A DNA stretch of 63,859 bases, filler included, from Octopus bimaculoides (GCF_001194135.2; 7 parts of 7 records of this genome joined end to end with filler, not necessarily neighbours in it), one strand, 5' to 3'; shown: positions 12,453 to 26,251, counted from the first letter of the whole stretch. A program made the numbers and translations. The notes: generated by a model from the letters alone, not told the origin.

Positions 12453-13329
12453 TTGTGTTTTAATGAAATAACGTGAATTTTAATTAATTGGGATAAACTC
12501 AACTGACTTATATACTTTGTAGAAAAAAATTCATATTTGCAATAATATTTAAAAGTTCCTAATTTTCTATCATCTTTGGTATTTGTATATAACATTAATT
12601 TATTCCTCATGGTAAATAACACTGGGTAACAAAATAAAATTTTTTTTTTTTGTTCTTTGGTCAGTAAGTGTTATTTCCTATTTGTTTCTATCTAGAAATC
12701 AAAGGAAATGACTACTATTCCCTTCAAACTTTGCTTTTATGGTCAAGCATAAATATGTCACTTAGTAGTTGTCAATATGTGCATCTCTGATCATGAGCAG
12801 GAGTAGTGGGAGAGCATCATAGCCATATGTTGAGAGGGATTCTTTGGGGTTTGGATAAATGTAAGAAAGGCAAAGTTTGAAGGAAATATTAGCCATTTTT
12901 CATATTTTCTAGGGGTAAACAAATAGGAAGTAACAGTTGCTACCCAAGGACAAAAATTGTGTTACACAGTCTAATTTGTTTGTAACTTACAGAATTTTCA
13001 CTTGCTTAATAATCAATAGTAAACTATACTTTACTTAAGTATTACTATTAATTCTAAAGAAATCATTATAGGTGCAGGCATGGCTGTATGGTTAAGAAGC
13101 TCACTTTGTAACCATGTGGTTTCAGGTTCAGTTCCACTGTGCAGTACATTGGGGCAAGTATGGCCTTGGGTTGACCAATGCTTTGTGAGAGAATTTGGGA
13201 GATGGAAATTGTGTGGAGGCCTGTTGTGTGTGTGCATGTGTGTGTGTAAATATAGGTTATGAGAGATAATGGTGTCAAGAAGACCCAAAGGTGTCAGGTA
13301 ATGCTGAGTAAGTGCTATGGACAGACTAT

Positions 13330-13520
13330 AGTTAAGCTCCAGGTTCGGTGATTATGCGAATAAGGGGTCCAACGTAGGTCATATATCAGCATGCGTATAT
13401 ATAAAAAAATTAACAGAATGAGATAAAAATCCAAGGCTGTGAAAGATTTCAGAACATTTATAAATAGAAGGTCTTACAACTGTTTCCGGGATATTTTATA
13501 TATCCCTTCATGTGAGAAAA
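13330..13520 (-). mobile_element. PLE pLTR-derived repeat with degenerate HHR (13471-13518)
   Basis: Minus tct-cacATGAA-GGGATAT-ataaa-ATATCCC-g-GAA-ACAGTTGT-A-agac. 7-bp stem II, near-palindromic stem III, two core mutations. Confidence 0.55.
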
Positions 13521-13745
13521 TGGTTAAGCAATAGTTATTCTAGATAAGATATGAAATAGAGAGTGAAGTGTTTAGTCAAACAAATTGACACCAGCATTTC
13601 TTTTTTTTTTTAAGTCTGGACTTATTCTATTAGCCTCTTTTGCTGAACTGCTATGTTATGGGGGTGTGAACAAACACATGGAGACATTCATACTTGCATG
13701 CATACCTATATACATACATATGTACATACATACATATTTGTGTGC

Positions 13746-13798
<53 letters not shown>

Positions 13799-14211
13799 GC
13801 AGTTGTGGTCACCAATTGTGGTGGTTGAAGTGACATGCCATGTCATGTCGATATGATGTAGCCGAATACCAAATGTAGCATGTAGATGTAAAGCATGAAG
13901 GTTCTTATGTTGGAGTAAGCAGTGAACATCAAAGAATCAACACCAAGAAGGAAGAAATAGTATTTACATATATTTATTCGTTTGCCCAACAGGTAGTTAG
14001 AGAGACAGCAGTAATTGTAGTGATAGTAACAAAAAGGTCGGCTTGCTGGCTGGTAGTTGATAGTGTAGAAGTTGCTGTCTGCCAGTATAGAGTGAAAGAG
14101 TAAGGAATGCATGGTGCTGACTAGAAAAGAAGAAAGGATACAGGTGGCGTCATTTTTCTTGTGGCTGAAGGCTTCTCTTCATATTTCACCACACACACAC
14201 ACAAACACACA

Positions 14212-14255
<44 letters not shown>

Positions 14256-14724
14256 ATGGGCTTCCACATAAATTCATTCTACCAAATTCATTCACAAGGC
14301 ATAGTTGGTCCAAGACTGTAGAAGACACTTGCCCAAGATATGATACGGTTGGACTGAACTTGAAACGATGTGGTTGCAAAGTGAACTATTTGTTTCTGTT
14401 TCTGGCAGAGTTGTGAAGAGAAGAGGAGAAACAAGTATTCTTTGTAGAGAGTCAGTAACAGTTGAGAGCTGAAATGTTTTTTCTATCTCTGAAGAAGAAG
14501 ACTAGTGTTTGTAATCCAGTGCTATGTTATGAATCCAATATCACTAAGGAAAGACCAATAGAACATTATTAAAATGTTTGTGGAGTGTTATGTATTATGA
14601 TGGATATGGGTGGTTGTGATTAGGCATCTAATAGGGACAGAGATAATTAGTTTGGTAAAGGCTGAGTTGAAAAGTAAGAAGGAGATCAAGAGTGTTTTGG
14701 GTATCTGTGTATCAATTATGGATG

Positions 14725-14920
14725 TAGTGGGTGGCACGTAAAAGCACCCGCTACACTCTCTGAGTGGTTGGCGTTAGGAAGGGCATCCAGCTGTAGAAAC
14801 TCTGCCAAATCAAATTGGAGCCTGGTGTAGCCATCTGGTTTCACCACTCCTCAGTCAAATCGTCCAACCCATGCTAGCATGGAAAGCGGACGTTAAACGA
14901 CGACGACGACGATGATGATG
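14725..14920 (+). mobile_element. RTE LINE 3' UTR with (GAT)n-type tail
   Basis: Same sequence as 17485-17585, 36200-36480 and the 3' part of 38088-38715, where it follows RTE coding sequence. Confidence 0.75.
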
Positions 14921-15831
14921 TATGAGTGATGATACTCATTGTTGTAGAGAGTTCAAGACTGATAAAGATTTGATTTCCGCAGCAGCAGTAATTAATATGG
15001 GAGTGGGGCAAGAGCCGAAACAGTTGAAAGCAGTGAGCTCAATGAAGATAACTCAATGAAGATGATAACTTCAGAGAAGGGTGGAGATTGATAGTCAACC
15101 TGTTGTTGGTGATTGGAGGAGTTAGCCATAACTGTATCATTCTGGATCAATACTTATTTCATTTATTTGATATCACATTTTATAAACAAAAGCATTTATT
15201 GGTTACAGGTTTCAAACTGCAATGGTTCACTATATTTATGGTGGTGAAGGAGTATCTGTGAGACCGAAATACAATAAATACTAGATGGTACTTCAGTTTG
15301 AAAGCACTAGTTTATCAGTTTTCTCAATGATGAAAGATACGCATATGTATACACAATCACACATGCTTGCACGTGCGCAAACACACACACACACACATGC
15401 ATGCACACACACACACAATCACACATACGCACACATACACACACACGCACGCACAATAGGCTTTGGTACAGTTTCTGTTGGCCAAATTCTGCTCAAAAAT
15501 CAATGTTCAATCGAAGGCTATGTTAGAAAATTCTTGCCTCAGATACTGTGCAATGGGGTCAAATCCAGAACTACTTGGCTGTGAAACAGAATTTTTAACT
15601 ACACAGCCATGCCTGTGCTCCAGTGTGAGATAATTCAGTGCGGATGTTTGGATGCTGATGATTTGGCACAACTGACTGGATGTTCAACCTGTTTTGGTGT
15701 CAGTATGTTTCGGCACTGGAGGCACACACATACACACATGCAGTTATGTGCAGAAATAAACACATACAGATAGAAAGAGTGAGAGACAGATGAGAGAGAT
15801 ATTACACGTGTACAAAAGTAGATGCTCACAT

Positions 15832-15872
<41 letters not shown>

Positions 15873-16585
15873 GATGGGGAGAATGAGAGAAATATTAAAA
15901 TGTCTGATATCAAATTAGTCAAAAATGAATCAACAATGCAAAAACATCTCATATCCTTTGTATACCGAACTTATTGTTATTATAAGGTAGGCAGTAGGGT
16001 AAAGAGCTGTAGGGGTAAGTAGAAAGCTCACAGTGAATTATGTCTGTGATCTGGTTTCAATTCCTAAGTTCACTTATTGTGTAGTCAAAATGGCTAAATT
16101 CAATAAGGTGTGAGTTTACTTATTTGATAATAGTTCAGTTCAAATTAGATCTCTTATCTGCAAGATAATGAAGAAACAGCAACTAAATACTGCTTCTAAT
16201 ATTCCCTAGAGGTTTCTGAAAAGTTTAAATTTATATTTTTGGGAGGAGCATAAATAGCCCAACATCTAAATTTCGCATCTCCCCATAAATCTGAGGTTCT
16301 GCTTATTTTTCTTTACAATTTATTTTATATCATATGTTTTGTGAATAATAGCATCATGTGGGTTATATAGGATTCCATCAGGTCAAAGTTGTTCATTATA
16401 TTTCCAAAAAGGTGAGAGTGTCAAAGGAGTGCCTGTATAATTTGAATTGCACCAGCTTTTTGTTTATTATTTTTATCAGTGTTTAAAAAAGAAATTAAAA
16501 GTAGGAAGTGAAAAGAAAAGTGATCCATTTTCTTTGTTCCTCTTCTTGTTTTTGCTTTGTATTTCAAGTAATGTTGTTGTTGTTG

Positions 16586-16965
16586 TTGGCACTCAGTCGC
16601 TTACGACATCGAGAGTTTCAGTTGATCTGATCAACAGAACAGCCTGCTCGTGAAATTAACATGCAAGTGGCTGAGCACTCCACAGACACGTGTACCCTTA
16701 ACGTAGTTCTCAGGGATATTCAGCGTGACACAGTGTGACAAGGCTGACCCTTTGAATTACAGGCACAACAGAAACAGGAAGTAAGAATGAGAGAAAGTTG
16801 TGGTGAAAGAGTACAGCAGGGTTCGCCACAATCCCCTGCCGGAACCTTGTGGATCTTTAGGTGTTTTCGCTCAATAAACACTCACAACGCTCGGTCTGGG
16901 AATCGAAATTGCGATCCTACAACCGTGAGTCCGCTGCCCTAACCACTGGGCCATTGTGCCTCCAC
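16586..16965 (-). mobile_element. SINE family C, full length
   Basis: tRNA-like head at about 16890-16965, body matching 6283-6445 and 39690-39865, (AAC)n tail. Confidence 0.8.
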
Positions 16966-17719
16966 TTTCAAGTAATGTAAGACTATGTAATTGAAACTGG
17001 TTAAATTTGTAGAAATAATTTAATTATCATCAGTATGCAAAACATCTTTGGATAGTGTCTGACTGTGGAGTCAAAATCATGCCGAAACATCAGTGTCTCA
17101 GAGTCTGCTACATTACTGAAGTATGTGTGTGTGTTGTCAGCACACATTGTCTAAAGAGAGAAGTTGTTTTCCAAAGATAAAATTGAACAATGGAAAACAT
17201 ATTTACTTCAAAGTCTGCTAGAATGTGTTGAGAATGAATATACACATCATTGTAGCAAGAATAAGTTAATGGTAACTATATGCTTCCATCTGCAACACTG
17301 TTCATGTTGGACATGCTCTTTGATCATTGTTATCATCATTATCATTGTCTTTAAAAAAAAACTTTAAAAATCAAGTACTAGGGTTGATTTGTTCAACTAA
17401 ACCCTTCAAGGTGATGGTGCTGCATGGCTGCAGTCCAGTGACTGAAACAAGTAAAAGATACATATATATGATAAAAATATTGATCAGATTGGAGCCTGGT
17501 GTAGCCATCTGGTTTCATCAGTCCTCAGTCAAATTGTCCAACCCATGCTAGCATGGAAAGCGGACGTTAAAACGACGATGATGATATGATACTTATATTG
17601 GTACTTATTCTATTAACCCCACTTCCTAATTTACCATTTCTCCTAATAAAAGAATAATTTATTCTGGTGGGATTTGAACTCAGAATACTGTAAGATGAAA
17701 TTAAATACTCTATGGCTGT

Positions 17720-17870
17720 GTAGTTCAGAAGCTTGTGTTACAACCATGTGGTTTTGGGTTCATTTCTACTGCATGGTACCTTGGGCAAGTGTCTTCTACT
17801 ATAACCCCAGGCTGACCAATGCCTTGTGAATGAATCTGGTAAATATAAACTGTGTGGAAGCACATTGTAC

Positions 17871-17910
<40 letters not shown>

Positions 17911-18110
17911 CTTTGTCCCCCCTCCACATTACTTTTGACAACCAGTGTTGGTTTGCTTTTTCCTCATAACTTAGTGGTATAGTGAAAGCGATCAATAGAA
18001 TGAGTACCAGACTTAAAAATACATAAGTACTATGGTCAATCAGTCGAATTAAAACCCTTCAAAGCAATCCTCCAGTATGGCTGAAGTTCGGTGACTGATA
18101 CAAGTAAAAA
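17720..18110 (+). mobile_element. SINE family A, full length, diverged
   Basis: 5' and 3' domains separated by an internal (TG)n. Confidence 0.7.
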
Positions 18111-18779
18111 AAAAAAAAATTAAAAAACAAGAGAAAGCTAATCAGTTTGGCATTTTACTGTTTTGGGTAACAAGGTTCAAAATGGACGGTAGAAATTTGA
18201 TCTAGAAACAGAAAGTTACAATCATATTTAATAGTCTGATGTAGGTACAGGAAAACTACAACTGTAGATTGTGTATGTGGAATTTTTGGTTCACATGTTA
18301 AGACAGAATATGACCTTTGTATTCAGAAATGAAATATGAGAGCATGGCATCTCACATCTGAAGTGGATGAAATATAATACTAGTAAAAATTAATGCACTC
18401 AAAATGCTAATGATTTCTATACTTTTAGATAATGTTGGCTGTGAGTTGGCAGAATTATTAGCACTTCAAATAAAATGTTTAGCAGTCTTTCTTCTGGCTC
18501 CTTACATTCTCAGTTCATATTCTGCCCAACTTTTCTTTTCATTTTTTTCAGGCTTGGTAAAATAAAGTAATAGTTAAGTTGATGTAATTGTCTAAGCCCC
18601 TCATCTAAAATTGCTGGCCTTGTGCCAAAATTTGAAACAATTATTTACATTAAATGAGTGACTAAATGTCTGAATCTATAAAACATAGAGCTATATTCTT
18701 TATTGTATTATATTCTATCTTTTGTAAGTTCTCAGTTAAAATCCCACAGATGAAGTCAGATCAGGTTGGGGCATATATG

Positions 18780-19330
18780 TGAGCATGCACCGTTGCAGCG
18801 TGTCACTGCATCCACCATTTGTCAGTATTTGCTGGGGTCATCCCAGGCTATCCTTTGAGCAGCAGTGTCCTAGTCAGTTCCCATCTCTATGAGATATCTC
18901 CTCATCTGTCATGACCATGTAGCACGAGGCTGACTAATGTGAGTTGTCATTCCAGCTGGATCCTCAGAGAAGAGGATATGGTATGCAGGATCTAACCTAG
19001 AAAATTGAACAACATGACCAAACAGTCTGAACTGACACTCCCAGATCTTACAAATGACAGGACACATACCAGTTTCTGAGTATAGTCATTGATTAAACAC
19101 AAAACCCAACCAATGGTAGCTCATAATCCTGCAAAACATCCTGGTACAAAAGGAGTTAAGGTGGTTCCTGAGGGCTTTGGACAGTGTTCAAGTCTTACAA
19201 CCATAGAGCAAGACAGAGAAGACTAGAGATCTGAAAATCCAAACCTTTGTCCTCCTGCTCAGATATTGGCAGTACCAAACACTCATGTCTAGTGGGTCTA
19301 CAACTGTACCAGCACATCCAAGTCTTTTTA
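18780..19330 (-). mobile_element. RTE-like LINE RT C-terminal fragment, decayed
   Basis: SVWYCQYLSRRTKVWIFRSLVFSVLLYGCKT..RLFGHVVQF..DPAYHILF. Confidence 0.75.
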
Positions 19331-19661
19331 AGACTTCAGGCTCACAGCTAATGCTGCAATTATGACCATTAATGTTTTGAGTGCTGTAATTATGGCCATT
19401 AATGTTCTGACCCCTATGGAGGTCAACCTTGTCTTCCATTCTCCCAGGGTTGATAAATCCATTACTAGTTAAGTTCTGGGGTTGATACAATTAATTGTTC
19501 CCCTCCCATAAAATTTTAGGCCTTGTCTCTGATTTAGAAACAATTATTGATAATATTTTTTATTAATGGTTTAGTCACTGGATGAAGGGAAAAACACGAG
19601 GAAGAAATCATGAGCAAGGTGCCTAGTCTCATTCAGGAATGGGTTGTGAGGAAAATGTTTC

Positions 19662-19880
19662 TTAACTCTTTAGCATTTAAACTGGCTATATCTGGCCAAA
19701 ATATTCTTCTTGTTTTATGTTCAAACTGGCCAGATCCAGCCTTCCTACAATGTTAGTTTAAAAAATAAATGATCACATCATGGAAATATCAAAGCTACAA
19801 GATAATGCAAGATAAATTTCAAATAATGTGAATAAATAAGCATTAGATTTGACAGAATAATCAGAATGCTGAAGGGTTAC
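19662..19880. mobile_element. piggyBac-like MITE
   Basis: TTAA|CTCTTTAGCATT ... AATGCTGAAGGG|TTAC. Further copies at 39231-39443 and 44089-44444. Confidence 0.7.
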
Positions 19881-21349
19881 AGGCCAGGGAGAAGTGAGTG
19901 ACACCGACATTGTTTCAATCAGTGGTGTACTGTTGTCTGACCATTGTACCTTGCCTCAAGAAACATCTAACTAGTTGGGCCTCCAGGAAAAAGTTTGCAA
20001 GGTAGAATATAACTGCTTTTTGACCCTGAGGGAGTTTCTCTCAAGGCTTTACACTTCCTAAAATGGAACCATATAAGTGTTTTAGCAAAATTCTCTGGTG
20101 TAGCCTACATCTGGAACTCTATACTGGGAGGTGGCCTTAATCCCTATGACTACTCTGTGCTGATCTGGTCCTGCAAAGCAGCAGGTTGGTGATACTACTT
20201 TGGTCACCCATTGCTCTGTATAAGGTGGGGTAATGACAAAATCCTTGAGCTTTCTCCATGCTGTTTCAGATGGCCACCATTGCTTCATGCTGTCTCCCTC
20301 TTGTTACACAAATCACAGCAGACCATGACTCTTCCAAGCAGTTCTTGGTTTGTATTGGAGATACTGCAGCTTTCTGTCTCTATTGTTGATGCACCTGTAA
20401 AGAAGTGTTCTTTTTCAGGGAGCTGTTCATTTCCTCGGCTGGAAGTGTCATCACCTCAGGGCATATACTATCATTTGTATTATGTATCATACACTATATT
20501 TTCTTTGTTCCTGAGTAAATGATACATCCATTGACTGTCAGCATTGACAATTGATAGTAATCTTAGTTGTGATTTCATCATTGTTATTTTTGTTTTTGCT
20601 TTTTTTTTGCTACTACTACAAATAGCTGTGTAGATTTTGGTATTATCTGCATTTCCTTGGTGTAATCTAGCAGCTTTGGCTGTGACATCAATGCTTTTGG
20701 TTGCTATGCAGCAGCAGTAGTTACTGTAATAGAAATGCCACTTATTTGGTGAGGTAATCTTACTCTCCCCCTTACTCCTTTCTTCATCTCTTACTTCCCT
20801 CTCTTTTTTATCAAGTAAAAACTATTATTATTTTTTTCTCTGGACTCCATTAAGAAAGAAAAAGCAAAAGAAAAATTATTAAAAACAATATATTTTTCAC
20901 AACAGTAATGATTCAATTAAAATATGGCTTTCTACAAGATCAATAAAAAGAAAAAAGACCATGCACCTCTTCTGGTGTGCTCTGCAACAAAATGTTCAAC
21001 AACAAAAACATTTATGAAATCATGTTAAGGCAAAAAGACAAAAATTTGGGAAACTTACAGGAACAGATAATTCCATGACAATCAGTGAATGCATTAATAA
21101 TGATTTAAAATTTTGGCACAAGGCCAATAATTTCAGGGGAGGCAGTAAGTTGATTACACCAACCCCACTGCTTGAGTGGTACTTATTTTATTGATCCCAA
21201 AAGGATGAAAGGCAAAGTTGACCTCAACAGAATTTGAACTCAGAACGTTAAGACAGATGAAATGCCATTAAGTATTTTGCTTGGTATGTTAACAATTCTG
21301 TCAGTTTGCTGCCTTAGTGAATGTATTAATAATAATAATAATAATAATG

Positions 21350-21395
<46 letters not shown>

Positions 21396-22109
21396 TAATA
21401 ATAATAAGGACTTACAAATATATATAACATACAGAAAATTGCACTACTGGGCACTGCACACATCCTACGCAAAACACTTTCAATACAGTAACCATAAGAG
21501 CATCACAGCAAACCACAGCACATACCCAAGGCACACAGAGCTGTGCTCGGTAGTGAAGTGAAAGCATGTTATAAAAATAAAACTACTGAACAATAATAAT
21601 AATAATAATAATAATAATTATGCTAATCATAATGAAAATAGTAATAATGGCTCCTAATTTAGGCACAAAGCCAGCAATACTGAGAGGTGTGAGTGAGTCC
21701 TTTAAATTGACCCCAATATTTAACTGGTGTTTTATTCTATTGACTTCAGAAGTATGAAAAGTCAAGTTGACCTCTGCTAACCACAAGGTGAGGGAGGTGG
21801 CCTCTTCCTCTTCCATTTCTGAAGCTGTGACTGATGGTGCTTTGGAAGCTGGTTTCAGCTGCCTTGGCTGCTCTTCACTACTTTCCTTTCTCCTCTGTTT
21901 TTCTTGTTTTTCTAGTTCTTCCTGATAAAAGACCATCAATGCGGCCTTTTGCCCAAACCATCTGTCTCATGCCATTTGTTTCTGTACTCACAGATGGAAA
22001 CAGTTGTAGTGTCACTTTGTGGCCTTCAGAAGTTTGGTCATTCAGACTTGCAAGTCATTCTGCCTTCTCTTGAGCACTTGTCTCTCATTACCCCTGTGCT
22101 AACTACTCA

Positions 22110-22375
22110 TGCTAGATCTGGTACTTATCCTATTGGTCTTTTGTTTTTGCTGAACTGCTAAGTTACTGGGACATAAACAAACCAACACTGGTTGTCAAAT
22201 GGCAGTGGTGGGACAAGCACACACACACATACACACAACAAGCTTCTTTTAGTTTGTATCTACCAAATCCACTCACAAGGCTTTGCTTGGCCCAAAGCTA
22301 TAGGAGAAAACACTTGCCTAAGCTGCCATGCAGAGGGACTGAACCTAGAACCATGTGGTTGGGAAAGCTGTACAG
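22110..22375 (-). mobile_element. SINE family A
   Basis: Matches the other family A copies. Confidence 0.7.
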
Positions 22376-22760
22376 TAGTGATGATGATGATGATGATGAT
22401 GACGGTGACGAGGATGAGAACAATGACAAGGATGATGACGACGACGACGAGGATGAGGATGAAGATGACGACAATGATGACGATAGGTTTTCATAGAATT
22501 TCTGTCTACCAACTTCACTCATGTTGTATTGTTCAGCCTGAAGATGTTGTAAAAGACCCTAGTATCCAAATATATGATAGCTGTTCCCCCAGAGAGGAGG
22601 ATTAACATTAAGCCACAAAATTTTCAGAGAATGATCATCAATCTCATTGTTTCCTTGGTTTTTTTAACTTTATCGACCCTGCATGACTGAAAGGTAAAGT
22701 TGAGATTGTAGGATTTGAACTCAAAATATTGTAAGACATTTTATCCAGTAATATACCAGT

Positions 22761-22977
22761 AAGGTGGGGAGCTGGCAGAAACATTAGCACGCCAGGCGAA
22801 ATGCTTAGCAGTATTTCGTCTGTCTTTATGTTCTGAGCTCAAATTCTACCGAGGTCATCTTTACCTTTCATCCTTTCAGGGTCAATAAATTAAGTACCAA
22901 TTGCGTATTGGGGTTGATCTAATTGACTGGCCTCTCCCCGCAACATTTTAGGTCTTTCGTCTAGAGTGGAAAAGAAG
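22761..22977 (+). mobile_element. SINE family B with 8-bp TSD, nested in an older antisense family B copy
   Basis: Head aaggtggggagctggcagaa..ttctgagctcaaattc. ATACCAGT at 22753-22760 and 22978-22985. Confidence 0.75.
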
Positions 22978-23998
22978 ATACCAGTTCTTCCATCCACCAT
23001 TCTTGGTAACAATAATGGTTTCAAATTTTGGCACAAAGCCAGCAATTTTAGGGATGGTAGTAAGTCAATTACATCGACCCCAGTGTTTGACTGGTACTTT
23101 CTTTGTTGGCTCCAAAAAGATGAAAGGCGGAGTCAACCTGAGTGAAATATGAACTCAGACTGTAAAGAAACACAAAATGCAGCTAAGCATTTTGCTCAGT
23201 ATACTAACAGTTTTACCAGCTCACCACCTTACCCTTGATAACAATAATAATTATAAACTGACAAGAGAGTCTCTATATGGTCACTTTAACTGGTAGAAAT
23301 AGCAGTCAATGAACTTTCTAATCGCTCTCTACTGTCTTAAAGGAAGGACACATTGGGTAATGTTGTTTTAGGTATACTATGTCTGAAATTGAGATGGATT
23401 AGTCATGGCTGGATTGCTTTTGACCATTGGTTTGTTTGATTAAGTCTGACCTGGGGATAGATAACAACAGCAGCAACAACAACAACAACAACAAAAATGT
23501 TCAAACATAGGTATAAGGCCTGAAATTTGGGGGACAGTTTAGTGGATTTTAGTGATCCTTATATTGTATTGAGTGGTACTTTATTTTAAGGACCCTAAGA
23601 AGATGAAAGGCAAAGTTAACCACAGTGATAATTGAACTCAAAATGTAAAGAGCCACAGCATATATCACTAAGCATTTTGCCTGTTGCTCTACTCATTTAC
23701 CAATTGTCCTAACAACAATGTTGACAATAACGATTTCTTTATTACAGACAAGGCCCTTAAACGGTATGGTTTATTGACCTTTAGTTGGCACCTTCTTGCC
23801 AATAGTAAACTACTGACTTACTTACAACCAGTATAGATCCATCTCTTATGGATTATCCAGTTGGTTCTAGTATTTTTCCAAGCTGTACAGTAGTGATGTT
23901 ATCTTAAAATATTGTTTTTTTTTTCCATTATCATTCCTGTTTGTAGTTTGCAGACTTTTAATAACCATTGTCTATCCAAGAGCTTATGCTATAAATCC

Positions 23999-24037
<39 letters not shown>

Positions 24038-24290
24038 CTAGAAAATTATAGACCAGACATAACAGTAAAAGACAAGGAAAAGCGAAGTTGCTTACTAATT
24101 AATCTATCATGTTCGTTTGATTCCAGGATCATAAAGAAAGAGGATAAAAAAAAAAATTCAATCCCTTAAAATTTGAAATTGCAAGAATTTGGAGCATGAA
24201 AACTGTAAAGGTTATGCTTATAATAACTGGTTCATTGGGTTCTGTGAGCAAAGATATAGACAAATGGTTAAAGGAGGTTGGAATAGAATA
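24038..24290 (+). mobile_element. REL-endonuclease domain of an R4/Dong-like non-LTR retrotransposon
   Basis: NYRPDITVKDKEKRSCLLINLSCSFDSRIIKKE / LKFEIARIWSMKTVKVMLIITGSLGSVSKDIDKWLKEVGIE, one frameshift. Preceded directly by (AAT)n. Confidence 0.8.
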
Positions 24291-24294
24291 CTCT

Positions 24295-24504
24295 ACTCTT
24301 TTACTCTTTTACTTGTTTCAGTCATTTGACTGCGGTCATGCTGGAGCACCACCTTTAGTCGAGCAAATCGACCCCAGGACTTATTCTTTGTAAGCTTAGT
24401 ACTTATTCTATTGGTCACTTTTGCCGAACCGCTAAGTTACGGGGACGTAAACACACCACCATCGGTTGTCAAGCGATGTTGGGGAGACAAACACAGACAC
24501 ACAT

Positions 24505-24557
<53 letters not shown>

Positions 24558-24724
24558 TACAACGGGCTTCTTCCAGTTTCCGTCTACCAAATCCACTCAC
24601 AAGGCTATGGTCGGCCCGAGGCTACAGTAGAAGACACTTGCCCAAGATGCCATGCAGTGGGACTGAATCCGGAACCATGTGGTTGGTAAGCAAGCTACTT
24701 ACCACACAGCCACTCCTACGCCTA
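24295..24724 (-). mobile_element. SINE family A, full length, apparently young
   Basis: Close match by eye to 37190-37640, including the gagtaaaa-type tail. Confidence 0.85.
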
Positions 24725-24896
24725 TAGAGCTTCTATAGAAAGTTTGCTTCTTAGAGACATGAAAGATTATCAGGAAGGTTCTAAGCACTTGAAAGACTAT
24801 TAAAAGCTTGTGGATACCTGAGGTTACAGGTAGTTACCCACTACCCACATAAATCTTACCAACAATAAGACTGAACTTGAGTCAAATCAGTAATAA

Positions 24897-25820
24897 CGGT
24901 TTCAAATTTTGGTGCAGGGCCAATGGTTTTTGAAGGGAGGGGGTCAGTCGATTACATCAATCCCAGTACTTGATTGGTACTTAATTTATGACCCCTGAAA
25001 GGGTGAAAGGCAAAGTTAACCTCAGCAGAATTTAAACTCAGAATGTAAAGAGCCAGAAGAAATGCCACTAAGCCATTTGTCTGGAGCTTTAATGATTTTG
25101 TCTGCCAACTGCCTTAAGAATAATAATAACCTTTTCTACTGAAGGCACAAGGCCTGAAATTTGGGAGAAGGGGACTAATTGATTACATCGACCCAGTGTT
25201 CCACTGGTACTTATTTTATCTACCCCAAAAAGATGAAAGGCAAAATCAGCCTCAGTGTAATTTGAAGTCAGAATGTAAAGACAGCCGAAATACCACTAAG
25301 CATTTCGTCCGGCATGCTAATGATTCTGCCAACTCACTACTTTAATAATAATAATAATAATAATCCTTTCTAATATAAGCACAAGGCCTGAAATTTTGTG
25401 GGGAGTGGGTAAGTCAATTATATCGACCCAGTGCTCAACTGGTACTTATTTTATCAACCCTGAAAGGATGAAAAGTAAAGTCGACCCCAGTGGAATTTGA
25501 ACTCAGAACGTAGCTATGGTTAAAATACCACTAAGCATTTTACCTGGCATGCTAATGATTCTGTCAGCTTGCTGCCTTCTTAATAATAGTAATAATAATA
25601 ATGATTTCAAATTTTGCTACAAGAGCAGCCATTTTGGGGGAGGGAATAAGTTGATTACATTGACCCCAGTGTTTCACTGGTACTTAATTTATCAACCCTG
25701 AAAGGATGAAAGCAAGGTCAACCCCTGTGGAAATTGAAGTCAGAATGGCAAGACGGGTGAAATACCACTAAGCATTTTGCCCAGTAGGCTAACAATTCTG
25801 CCAGCTCACCACCTTAATAA
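24897..25820 (-). repeat. Head-to-tail array of four family B SINEs
   Basis: Copies at about 24897-25116, 25131-25342, 25365-25582 and 25603-25817, separated by (AAT)n. Confidence 0.8.
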
Positions 25821-26209
25821 CAACAATAATAATAACAATAATTATGTTAATGATATTTTTATTGGCTCTAGAGGCCTAAGAGGGAATAGTACAAAGACAA
25901 GATATGATACAATGTGGTGGTAGTAGGGGAGGATTGTGTTAAATAAAAAAGGAAAGTAACAACAAATGATGATATTGATGAAGAAGAAGGAGAGTACGAA
26001 AAAAGAGAAGGAAAAGAAGTAAAAGGAGGAGGAAGAGAAGAACTATTTCTTTATCTGCAGAAATAATAACAATAACTATAAATACATAAGCAATTTGTGC
26101 AGAATGCAAACTATTGATCCATTGATCCATTCTGAAACTGCATATTTTAAAACACAGAACTAAGAAATGAATTATAATTGTTGTACAGAGTGTATGGAAT
26201 GGTGGTTGG

Positions 26210-26251
<42 letters not shown>

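Noticed and set aside
24897-25820. CRISPR-like repeat array
   Set aside because: Units are ~220-bp diverged SINEs with microsatellite spacers, in eukaryotic DNA with no cas genes.
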